Part shown: in pieces, positions 39,213 to 47,516 of the stretch | Position numbering within the stretch: position 1 is the first letter of the stretch | Layout of the letters: each line of letters begins with the position of its first letter | Virus record (IMG/VR): IMGVR_UViG_3300046167_000924 | Span: 120,079-184,078 of that record | From: a virus | Strand: one strand, 5' to 3' | Length of the DNA: 64,000 bases | Made by a program: the position numbers and the translations under genes | The notes under the pieces: generated by a model | Told to the model about the DNA's origin: nothing | Database searches by the model: none | What the model saw: only the letters and a program-made list of their open reading frames with translations

Positions 39213-39745
39213 TTTTTCACTAAAGCTGCGATCATTTGACCTCCTTGCGTTTCTTTAATGACTTTGTATTTTTCAAGAATAGATCTATAATGCTTTCTGC
39301 CTGGGTGCCAGTCATGCATAAAGATAATGCAGTCATTGTCTATAAAATTATACATGTACCTAGCGCACTGGGGTCTAGCTCTGCCATCTATTAAAATTTT
39401 AGAGAATGTTTTTCCTATCTTAGATCCAGTTTCAATGTAATCTTTGTAGGACTTATACATTTTAGTTGTGTACAATTGATCCCATTTAACCGCGTGTTTT
39501 TGGTTTGGATCTTCTGGTCTTACGACTGGAACTGTATGCATTGTGACATTTTTTGGCATAATTTCTTTAACTGAATTAGCCCACTTAGGGTCTGATTCGA
39601 TACTGTAGTATTCTTTTACATATTTAGGAAAAAACATGGTACTACCTCCACAACCATATTCGAGCATTATATCATCTTTTTTTAAAAAACTTAATACGAG
39701 ATTGATCTCCTCTTGGGACATCCATGGTTGATTTGGTACGTTCAT
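39209..39745 (-). CDS. Class I SAM-dependent methyltransferase
   Basis: 'LEYGCGGST..SIESDPKW..ILIDGRARPQC..FMHD'. Confidence 0.8.
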   Translation of the reverse strand: MNVPNQPWMSQEEINLVLSFLKKDDIMLEYGCGGSTMFFPKYVKEYYSIESDPKWANSVKEIMPKNVTMHTVPVVRPEDPNQKHAVKWDQLYTTKMYKSYKDYIETGSKIGKTFSKILIDGRARPQCARYMYNFIDNDCIIFMHDWHPGRKHYRSILEKYKVIKETQGGQMIAALVKK

Positions 39746-40644
39746 TTTAAATACTTATTTTCGGCATGAGTTTTAATTTCATTAAAGACATCTTCACTCC
39801 AAGTGAAATCATCTTGATATGAACCGTAAACATCTTGGTCGCACCAACCAGCTTCCCTGAAATTATTAGGTCTGCTATGTTCTCCTATTTCTCCTATATA
39901 TTCAAAATTGTTTGTAAATGTTGAGACTTTAATCATGCCTCTTGACACTAAAGCTGATGAAGTACAGGAATCTTGACTCGATACAATTTTATTTGGATCT
40001 ACTCCAAATTGAGACATATATTCAAGTATTTTTAAATGGGGGCGAGCTCTATATTCCTGAGGTAATAAAGCCCAGAAACCCTCCATGATATCTAAGATTT
40101 TTTCATAAGAGCTTCTTCTCATTGCGTAAGCCCACATGTGATCCATTAAAATTAATTTATCTTTATTTTCTTTTTGATCTTTTAACGTAGTTTTTGAATC
40201 TAAGTCATCTATATAATTGATGTATGAATATCTATGACTTCTTTTTGATCTATGGTGTTCGCCGAAGCAATTGATCATAGCTACTCTTTCATCATCTTTA
40301 AATAATTCGATAAGTCTATCTATTTGTTGTATGTAGTGAGGCTGTAATACGGAGTCATCTTCAATCAATATTAAGAATTCGTTTTCTTTAAAAACCATTT
40401 CTCTTGATAGTTTCATTATTCCCGCTACCCCAAGGTTCATCTTTGGAACAAAGTTTTTAGAGTGAGGTATGATTTCCTTAGATAAATCAATACATTTTTG
40501 GACGGCAGGAATCTCTTGTTGGAATCTTGGCGCATCAATAAAGCAATAAACTTCTCTATCCCAGCATTGTGGAGATAGGGATTCTAAAACTTTCTTAAAA
40601 TAATCAGGTCTGTTATATGCAGTTAGTACTACTGGAGTCTTCAT
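39742..40644 (-). CDS. GT-A fold glycosyltransferase
   Basis: 'PVVLTAYNRPDYF..LESL..FIDAP..NLGVA..LILIEDD'. Confidence 0.75.
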   Translation of the reverse strand: MKTPVVLTAYNRPDYFKKVLESLSPQCWDREVYCFIDAPRFQQEIPAVQKCIDLSKEIIPHSKNFVPKMNLGVAGIMKLSREMVFKENEFLILIEDDSVLQPHYIQQIDRLIELFKDDERVAMINCFGEHHRSKRSHRYSYINYIDDLDSKTTLKDQKENKDKLILMDHMWAYAMRRSSYEKILDIMEGFWALLPQEYRARPHLKILEYMSQFGVDPNKIVSSQDSCTSSALVSRGMIKVSTFTNNFEYIGEIGEHSRPNNFREAGWCDQDVYGSYQDDFTWSEDVFNEIKTHAENKYLK

Positions 40645-40671
40645 ATAACGATACTAATGCAAACTTGAATT

Positions 40672-41400
40672 TTATCTAATTAATTTTGTTTTTATATTTC
40701 CGAAATTATTTAATCCTGTCAATTTTTTGTATTTGCAGTTTTTTGATTTTAAGCATATCGTTAATACGGATTCTGGCACCTTGATCATATATTCTGGGTA
40801 ACCTTCGTTCCATAAGAAATTTACAGCATGCTCAACTTCATTTAGGCAGTTCATGTATTTTTGCATATACTCGACACTTCCAGCCGCAATTTGGTCATTA
40901 ACTTGCTTTGGTAGTGCTGCTTGGTCATTGACGAAACTAAATGCAAATTGTTTTTTTAATTCTTCTTCATGATTGTATATATTATTACTCTCGAAATAAG
41001 GCAATCTAATATGATTATTGTCAATACAGTCTTGTAATTCGTATTTTTTAATTGGTTCCAAAACTTGGATGTCTGGTCTGAGTCTAATGACCAAATCATA
41101 TATTTTTTTCTTTTTTGGTAATAATTTATAAACTGATTTCATATTAAATAGCATGGGAATTAATCCTGCGCTAGGTTGATATGGTAGATCATCTTTATTT
41201 ATTGAATAATTGTGTGCATCGCTTGGCCAAGTAATAAATTTTTTTACTTTGTAATATTCATTAAATTGTATATAATCTTCGTCGTTCCATGTTGATAAAT
41301 ATATATCTGGTTTGAGTGGGTTTATTATGTTTTGTAGTATAGAATCGGTACATGATTTCCAATTACCGAGCTTACCACTGAAACAAAGTGCTACTTTCAT
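40672..41400 (-). CDS. Uncharacterised GT-like protein
   Basis: 'KVALCFSG..DIYLSTW..YDLVIRLRPD..NDQIAAG..M.KY' is typical of proteins in polysaccharide loci. Confidence 0.5.
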   Translation of the reverse strand: MKVALCFSGKLGNWKSCTDSILQNIINPLKPDIYLSTWNDEDYIQFNEYYKVKKFITWPSDAHNYSINKDDLPYQPSAGLIPMLFNMKSVYKLLPKKKKIYDLVIRLRPDIQVLEPIKKYELQDCIDNNHIRLPYFESNNIYNHEEELKKQFAFSFVNDQAALPKQVNDQIAAGSVEYMQKYMNCLNEVEHAVNFLWNEGYPEYMIKVPESVLTICLKSKNCKYKKLTGLNNFGNIKTKLIR

Positions 41401-42347
41401 TCAGTTATATATTCAGTAATATCTCTCTGCCCTATCAGCTTCTCTATGTTGTCAAGAAGAAATGGATAAAGTTTATAGGCGGGGTTTCTTAATGTATTTT
41501 TTACGATTTGCCCTGCGGTTTTAACATCGTGGTGCATTGGAAGAATGAATTTATCATCAAATAACCATCTTATTAAATATGAATATTGTACTTTACCGTA
41601 TTGTTTGCAATACTTAGAAAATGTAAATGTTGGTTTTGAATAGTGGTATGGTATATATCTTATTCCAGAATCCACGCCAAGAGCAGCGACGCACTTGCTT
41701 GATAAATAAAATATCTCTCGAAGTGATGCATGTATGAAATGTACTTTTTCTAAATTTTTTGCAATTAATTTTTCGTATTTATGTTTTGATTGTTCATCAT
41801 ATAAAATAATAATATCAAATTCCTGTGATATATTCTCTATTAGTTTTTCGATATACCAATCTTCCATGTTTGAATCTGCATTGTCTCTTGCATATAAATG
41901 AGCCAAGATAAATTTATCAGGAGTTTTTATATTAAGATCTGCGCGATTTTCAGGGGTTGGGAAGGTCTTGAAGTATTTTAACCAATCATAATCGTGATTT
42001 AGCCAACCAAGGGAATCGATATGTAGATCATAAAATAAATCATATTCTGATGTCATCTTTTTGTAAATTTCATCGGGTACGTTTTTTATTGAACTTGGAT
42101 AATCTTCATCCGGGAAGTTTGCGCATTTAATTTTAAATGTTTTGTGCTTTTTGTTTTTTATTACGAAAGTATTATCAAAATGAGACGGCCACATTTCATT
42201 CAAGATAGAAGATTGTGTTTTATTTCCTTCTGTATCCGAGTATAAATCTATAGAGCAAGAAGGGTATTTCTCTTTTATCGCGGGTATAAAGCGATTTGCT
42301 GTAAAATGATCTCCTAGCCCACCTTCTATTCTTACGGAAATTCTCAT
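41397..42347 (-). CDS. GT9-like glycosyltransferase
   Basis: 'RIEGGLGDH..IKEKYPSC.IDLY' and 'SLREIFYLSSKCVAALGVDSGIRYI'. Confidence 0.65.
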   Translation of the reverse strand: MRISVRIEGGLGDHFTANRFIPAIKEKYPSCSIDLYSDTEGNKTQSSILNEMWPSHFDNTFVIKNKKHKTFKIKCANFPDEDYPSSIKNVPDEIYKKMTSEYDLFYDLHIDSLGWLNHDYDWLKYFKTFPTPENRADLNIKTPDKFILAHLYARDNADSNMEDWYIEKLIENISQEFDIIILYDEQSKHKYEKLIAKNLEKVHFIHASLREIFYLSSKCVAALGVDSGIRYIPYHYSKPTFTFSKYCKQYGKVQYSYLIRWLFDDKFILPMHHDVKTAGQIVKNTLRNPAYKLYPFLLDNIEKLIGQRDITEYITE

Positions 42348-42652
42348 GTTATTTCTCCTCTTACCATTACAGCCCCACCGAGAACTACTGTATTTAATTG
42401 TGTCAACATCTTATTGCAAGTTTTTCTTCGTTTAATGTGTTTCGCTCGATATAATCTACCTAGGCTTGCTGAAATTTTACCATAAGACATACCCCCAAGA
42501 TCCTCGGCGATTCTTTCATTTGAGAAGAATATCGGCTTGCCGTGCCCCGCTTTTGATAAAAGGTAATTGTAGACAACCAAATCATTACCTATTAGTTTTC
42601 CTTCGATAACGTCTTGCTGAACTGCGACTGGAATTTGTATAAACTTTTTCAT
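42344..42652 (-). CDS. Helix-turn-helix protein
   Basis: 'LVVYNYL......FFSNERIAEDLGGMSYGKISASLGRL...HIKR' winged-HTH pattern. Confidence 0.7.
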   Translation of the reverse strand: MKKFIQIPVAVQQDVIEGKLIGNDLVVYNYLLSKAGHGKPIFFSNERIAEDLGGMSYGKISASLGRLYRAKHIKRRKTCNKMLTQLNTVVLGGAVMVRGEIT

Positions 42653-42662
42653 AATTCACACT

Positions 42663-42691
42663 ATCATACCAGCAAAATCATTTTTGGTCAA
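42663..42691 (-). promoter_or_regulatory. sigma70-type promoter with extended -10
   Basis: TTGACC (42691-42686), 17 nt, TG-g-TATGAT (42668-42663); ATG at 42652. Confidence 0.7.
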
Positions 42692-42794
42692 GTTAAATCT
42701 AAAAAATTAAACTTTAGTCATTCAATTAATTGTACAATGTTAATAGTATAGGTTTCCTTATATAATTTTTATTAAATATAATATATATATAATA

Positions 42795-42823
42795 TTGACA
42801 TTATTGTGAAATGGTGATATACT
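42795..42823 (+). promoter_or_regulatory. sigma70-type promoter with extended -10 (leaderless)
   Basis: TTGACA (42795-42800), 17 nt, TG-a-TATACT (42818-42823); ATG at 42831. Confidence 0.8.
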
Positions 42824-42830
42824 GTTAACC

Positions 42831-43127
42831 ATGAAATTTATAGATCTAAGTGAAAGTAAGTACTTTTTAATAAAATGTTCTGATTGGTCTGTCGTAATAT
42901 CTGCCGAAGACGAAACTGAAGCATGCACAAACGCGCTCAAGGAAATGATGAAGAGGAGGGGTAAGAATTTAAAACTATCTTCTGTAATGATATCCAATGA
43001 GATGAAGGCTGATATAATGGACGAAGATTATGATGAACTGGTTGAGTATCATTCCGTATCAAGAATGCTTGCTAACGCTGGATTTCATGAATTATCATCA
43101 AGTTTAAAATCTATATTAGGAGCATAA
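42831..43127 (+). CDS. Hypothetical protein
   Basis: 98-aa ORF directly behind a consensus promoter. Confidence 0.65.
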   Translation: MKFIDLSESKYFLIKCSDWSVVISAEDETEACTNALKEMMKRRGKNLKLSSVMISNEMKADIMDEDYDELVEYHSVSRMLANAGFHELSSSLKSILGA

Positions 43128-43132
43128 AAATA

Positions 43133-43681
43133 ATGAAATTAATAGGAATATCAGGATTAGCAAGATCAGGGAAAGATAGCTTTTATGAAAAGTGTATACC
43201 GCTTCTTCAAAATAAAGGGTACAAATACAAGAGGTTTGCTTTTGCAGACGCACTAAAAGAGGAGTGTGACCCATTCCTATTGGATAATGTAGGCATATCT
43301 GCATTCACGGAAGATAATAATGAAAAGGAAATCATCAGACCTCTCTTAGTTGTATACGGAACGCACATTAGAAGAAAAATGAACAAAAATTGTTGGATAG
43401 AAAAAATAGAGCCAAGAGTTAAGGAATCTATCTCCGATAAAACATTCTCATTTATAACTGACGTCAGGTTTGATAACGAAATAGATTGGGTTCATAAACT
43501 AGGAGGGGAGACAGTACATATAACAAGAAAAGGGATTTTACCCCCAAATGAAGACGAGCGCAAGAACGACCCCGTCTTGAAAAATAAATCAAAGTTCCTA
43601 GTCGAATGGGGAGACTTTAATGAAGAAAAATTGGAATCTTCAGACAAATTAGTATCATCTATAATGAATTCAATATTATGA
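43133..43681 (+). CDS. Deoxynucleoside monophosphate kinase
   Basis: P-loop 'IGISGLARSGKDS', 'FADALK', 'R.LL..YGT..R..WI', 'ITDVRF.NE'. Confidence 0.88.
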   Translation: MKLIGISGLARSGKDSFYEKCIPLLQNKGYKYKRFAFADALKEECDPFLLDNVGISAFTEDNNEKEIIRPLLVVYGTHIRRKMNKNCWIEKIEPRVKESISDKTFSFITDVRFDNEIDWVHKLGGETVHITRKGILPPNEDERKNDPVLKNKSKFLVEWGDFNEEKLESSDKLVSSIMNSIL

Positions 43682-44283
43682 ACGACGAAGAAGATCAAAC
43701 ATTAATACAGAACATACAAAACAAGCGCAACGAAACAGACAGTTTAAATGAGCTCGTTAATAGGCATAGCGGAATCTATCTTGAAATGGTAAACGCATTT
43801 TCTTCTCCAGGAAATCAATTTGTAGATAGAAACGAGTTGATACAAGAGAAAGAATATAGAATTTATAAAGCAGCCTTGAACTACGACGAAAATAGAGGAG
43901 CAAAGTTTAGTACATATTTAGGCAACGAAACAAAATGGTTATGCTTAAACACTTACAATAAAAACAGAAGGAAACCTATTTTTCAATCAGAGTTCATAGA
44001 AAACTGCCAAGGCGTACAGGAAAGCGAAGGCCACTCGGATATTTCTGAAAGCTTGAAAAAAGATCTTTTTGATAAAGTATTATCTATATTAAACACACAC
44101 CCAGACAAAAGAGTAGAGAAGATATTTAAAATGAGATATGTAGTAGGACAAGAAAATAAAGTTATGCCATGGAAAAATGTTTGTAGTAAAATGAAATTAA
44201 GTATACAAGGATGTATAAATATCCACAACTCAGCAGTAAAATACGTACAACAAGAATTAAAGGAGGAAATAAGTTTTGAATAA
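43678..44283 (+). CDS. Phage sigma70-family RNA polymerase sigma factor
   Basis: Region 2-like 'LNELVNRHSGI..IYKAALNYDENRGAKFSTYL' and region 4-like 'KIFKMRY..MPWKNVCSKMKLS..CINIH'. Confidence 0.82.
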   Translation: MNDEEDQTLIQNIQNKRNETDSLNELVNRHSGIYLEMVNAFSSPGNQFVDRNELIQEKEYRIYKAALNYDENRGAKFSTYLGNETKWLCLNTYNKNRRKPIFQSEFIENCQGVQESEGHSDISESLKKDLFDKVLSILNTHPDKRVEKIFKMRYVVGQENKVMPWKNVCSKMKLSIQGCINIHNSAVKYVQQELKEEISFE

Positions 44284-44659
44284 ATTTATAGCATTAGGTA
44301 ATCTTACCAAAGACCCAGAGTCAAAAACCACAAAAAGTGGAAAGAATGTATGTTCTTTTAGTATAGCAATAAATAATAAGGTTAGTAACAGCGTGACCTA
44401 CATAGATGTAGAAACATGGAACAAGTCGGCAGAAAACTGTGACAGATTCCTAAGTAAAGGTAGGAAAGTTTTAATAGAGGGTAAACTTCAATTAAACACC
44501 TGGCAATCCAAATCCGGAGAAAGTAGAAGTAAAATCTTTTGCGTTGCAGATTTAGTAACCTTCTTAGATAAGAACGCCGGGAATCAAGAGTCTCAACAAA
44601 AACCTCAAGATAAAGTCTCACAGCAGGAAGAGGACGAATTCGCGGATATCCCATTCTAA
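44276..44659 (+). CDS. ssb: Single-stranded DNA-binding protein
   Basis: 'MNKFIALGNLTKDPE..FSIAIN..DVETW..KGRKVLIEGKLQ..W' with acidic C-terminus ending DIPF. Confidence 0.95.
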   Translation: MNKFIALGNLTKDPESKTTKSGKNVCSFSIAINNKVSNSVTYIDVETWNKSAENCDRFLSKGRKVLIEGKLQLNTWQSKSGESRSKIFCVADLVTFLDKNAGNQESQQKPQDKVSQQEEDEFADIPF

Positions 44660-45714
44660 TGAATAAGTTAATATATAAAGCTCCATTAAACTCACTTTCA
44701 TTTGGTAATGTTTCGTTTAATCTATTAAAAGAAATATATAAAAAAGGAATAGACTTAACATTTTTTCCAATTGGCAAATTAGATGTTGGCGCATTTAACA
44801 TAAAGGATGAAGGTTTTAAGAAATGGTTAGAAGAGTCCGTCCAGAATAGATTTAAGAAGTTAGATAAAGATTCCACTACGTTACAAATGTGGCACCTTAA
44901 CGGATCTCAGGATAGAGTTAGTGGTAAGCAAATACTTTATACATTCTATGAGTTAGATGAGCCCACCGAAAATGAGCTTGCTTTAGCTAGCTTTCAAGAT
45001 AAAGCTGTCTTTAGTAGTTCTTATGCTAGTGAGAAATTTAACAATTCCCACTTCGCTCCATTAGGGTTTGATGATTCTTTCGAAAAAACCGATAAGAAAT
45101 ACCTTGAAGGAAAGATACATTTCGGCTTAATGGGTAAATTCGAAAAAAGAAAACATACTCAAAAAATAATTCAATCATGGATTAAGAAGTATGGCAACGA
45201 TTACAAGTATCAACTTAGCTGCTGTATAACAAATCCCTTCTTCAAAAAAGAACAAATGGAACAAGTTATAGCTCAATGCATGGGAGGAAAAAGATATGGT
45301 AATGTAAACTTCATACCTTTCCTACCATCAAATACTCAAGTAAATGATTTTTTAAATTCAATAGACATTGACCTCGGAGGAATGAGTGGCGCAGAAGGGT
45401 GGAACCTACCTTCTTTTAACGCAACATGCCTAGGAAAATGGAGCATCGTCCTTAACGCAACGTCCCACAAAGACTGGGCGAATGAACAAAACTGCATTCT
45501 TTTAAACCCAAGCGGGAAAGAACCTATATACGATAACATATTCTTTCACCAAGGATCAGATTTTAACCAAGGAAGTATGTATTCATTTGACGAAGAGGAA
45601 TTTATATCCGCAATGGAGAAAGCTGAATCAATATGCAAAACAGAAAATAAAGAAGGTTTAAAATTAAAAAATAAATTTACATACGCAAAAACCTTAGAAA
45701 AAATATTAGAATAA
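44659..45714 (+). CDS. GT4-like glycosyltransferase
   Basis: 'GKFEKRKH..SGAEGWNLPSFNATCLGKWSIV.N..H.D' GT-B C-lobe motif. Confidence 0.75.
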   Translation: MNKLIYKAPLNSLSFGNVSFNLLKEIYKKGIDLTFFPIGKLDVGAFNIKDEGFKKWLEESVQNRFKKLDKDSTTLQMWHLNGSQDRVSGKQILYTFYELDEPTENELALASFQDKAVFSSSYASEKFNNSHFAPLGFDDSFEKTDKKYLEGKIHFGLMGKFEKRKHTQKIIQSWIKKYGNDYKYQLSCCITNPFFKKEQMEQVIAQCMGGKRYGNVNFIPFLPSNTQVNDFLNSIDIDLGGMSGAEGWNLPSFNATCLGKWSIVLNATSHKDWANEQNCILLNPSGKEPIYDNIFFHQGSDFNQGSMYSFDEEEFISAMEKAESICKTENKEGLKLKNKFTYAKTLEKILE

Positions 45715-46058
45715 TGCCTTTATATACATACGAACACCCAGAAAACGGAGAGATAATAGATGTCGTTCAATCAATGAAAGAAGACCACATCTATATAGAT
45801 AAAACAGGATTAAAATGGAAGAGGGTTTTTCACTCACCCCAAGCTTCAATAGACGCAAACATAGATCCTTTTAGCAAAAAAGACTTCAAGGATAAAATTG
45901 AGAATAAAAAAGGCTCATATGGAGACTTATTAGACAGAAGTAAAGAGCTCAGTCAAGCAAGAAAAGATAAAGCTGGAATAGATCCAGTTCAACAAAAATA
46001 CTTCAAAGAATACAGTAATAAAAGAAGGGGCCTTAAGCATCCCTTAGACAGAGGGTAA
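45714..46058 (+). CDS. FmdB-like small protein
   Basis: 'MPLYTYE..G...DVVQSM......W.RV' N-terminus; lacks the usual Cys residues. Confidence 0.5.
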   Translation: MPLYTYEHPENGEIIDVVQSMKEDHIYIDKTGLKWKRVFHSPQASIDANIDPFSKKDFKDKIENKKGSYGDLLDRSKELSQARKDKAGIDPVQQKYFKEYSNKRRGLKHPLDRG

Positions 46059-46064
46059 ATTTAA

Positions 46065-46070
46065 GTGTAA
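46065..46070 (+). promoter_or_regulatory. GTGTAA motif
   Basis: 18 nt before ATG 46083. Confidence 0.45.
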
Positions 46071-46082
46071 TATACTCCTGAG

Positions 46083-47105
46083 ATGTCAAACCCAGGAGAT
46101 TTTAAAAACAATCCGTTATATACGGATATTACGAGGCTAGACCACCTATCACCTCAACCAACATTTTCTTACTTTTGGAATGTTCAATCTGGTAGGTGGG
46201 AGCCAGCAACATCATTAACACTAGACCTTGGGTCTGGAGGTTTCTCTGGCTCCTTTAATGCAGAATTCGATTTCTCGGAAACAAATCGGTTACTATCAGG
46301 CATTTCGGGTCAATTAAGCGACGTTAATGATACCGAAACACATAGATTACTATCGGGCATTTCAGGTGAATTAGGCGAAATGAACGACGCCGAAACCCAC
46401 AGGTTACTGTCGGGGGTATCGGGGGCGCTTGAAAATTTATCTATATCTGGAGGGTCAACTCAAATAAATAGAGCTGACACCCAACCATGGAAATTAATAA
46501 CTAAAACTGTTAATCAAAAAATAGAAGAAGACTTTATTTTAATGGAAGATATACCCAATGACTTGAGATATGGGCAGTATGGAGAAAATTGCTATGGTCA
46601 AGACAGAAGCCTCATGGACGATATCTTAGGAAATTACAACCTGAACGCCAGGTTAGATAGTAGCACCCCAGAAACTGGCCACCCAGACTATTTTATTCAC
46701 GCAGAATATATTGATACAGGAAGATGTGTGGAAGCAACCCAGGTCTTCCACTCTGATACTAGATTCGCAATGAGACAAGAAAACGAAAAAGCTAGCTTAA
46801 TAAATTCATACGAACTAAAAGACTTTAACGAGTTATACGAAAGAGGTTTAGTAGATAACGTACAATTATATAATGAATCCCCATATCCAATACAATTTCA
46901 CACAATAGATTCAACATTTAAGGCAGATAAAGCGTTTACCCCAGAAAATGATAATTTACTATATTTATTTTCAGATACAGCTGTAAAATTAAACAGTGAT
47001 GAAGCTCAAAAAATATTCATTAAAAGACCGCACACTATATCAGGCTATACGGTTAAATACTCTATAACTTATAAATCTACCGGAATTAGTGATGTAATAT
47101 ACTAA
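46083..47105 (+). CDS. Hypothetical (probably virion) protein with a 19-aa repeat x3
   Basis: 'ET[NH]RLLSG[IV]SG.L' at 57-bp period (46278, 46335, 46392). Confidence 0.6.
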   Translation: MSNPGDFKNNPLYTDITRLDHLSPQPTFSYFWNVQSGRWEPATSLTLDLGSGGFSGSFNAEFDFSETNRLLSGISGQLSDVNDTETHRLLSGISGELGEMNDAETHRLLSGVSGALENLSISGGSTQINRADTQPWKLITKTVNQKIEEDFILMEDIPNDLRYGQYGENCYGQDRSLMDDILGNYNLNARLDSSTPETGHPDYFIHAEYIDTGRCVEATQVFHSDTRFAMRQENEKASLINSYELKDFNELYERGLVDNVQLYNESPYPIQFHTIDSTFKADKAFTPENDNLLYLFSDTAVKLNSDEAQKIFIKRPHTISGYTVKYSITYKSTGISDVIY

Positions 47106-47110
47106 GTGTT

Positions 47111-47494
47111 ATGGAATTTTTCTCAATAAGAAGACCAATACAAAGAGTTGGAATCAATCAATATATAATTGGCGATGACCCAACCAACCCACAGCTAGTA
47201 ATAGATAACGGAGCCATCTCCGCGGACACCATACAAATCACAAGCGGTGTCCAAATAAATGGCGTAGACATATCTTCGGACTTACAATTCCTACCAACCT
47301 CATTTGTAACCAATAGGTACAAACTTGAAGAAGCTTTTGAGGTTGACCAGTATGGAGATGTTACCCCCACCACTGGCGCTCAAGTCTCCGATCCAATGTG
47401 GATCTTAAGGGGAGAGGACGACCTAGAAGTTAGAGCAAATCTATGGAGATATAATACAGGACCAGAAGCTTTTACTGAAGATATATCTTTTTAA
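47111..47494 (+). CDS. Hypothetical virion-associated protein
   Basis: 127-aa ORF in the operon; beta-rich. Confidence 0.55.
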   Translation: MEFFSIRRPIQRVGINQYIIGDDPTNPQLVIDNGAISADTIQITSGVQINGVDISSDLQFLPTSFVTNRYKLEEAFEVDQYGDVTPTTGAQVSDPMWILRGEDDLEVRANLWRYNTGPEAFTEDISF

Positions 47495-47502
47495 AAATAT
47501 AC

Positions 47503-47508
47503 GTGTAA
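47503..47508 (+). promoter_or_regulatory. GTGTAA motif
   Basis: 14 nt before ATG 47517; no SD. Confidence 0.5.
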
Positions 47509-47516
47509 TATAAATA

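Noticed and set aside
30076-42347. Bacterial chromosomal capsule/LPS locus
   Set aside because: No exporter, polymerase or housekeeping genes; it overlaps and interleaves with phage-type genes and has similar base composition. Chimerism cannot be fully excluded without reads.
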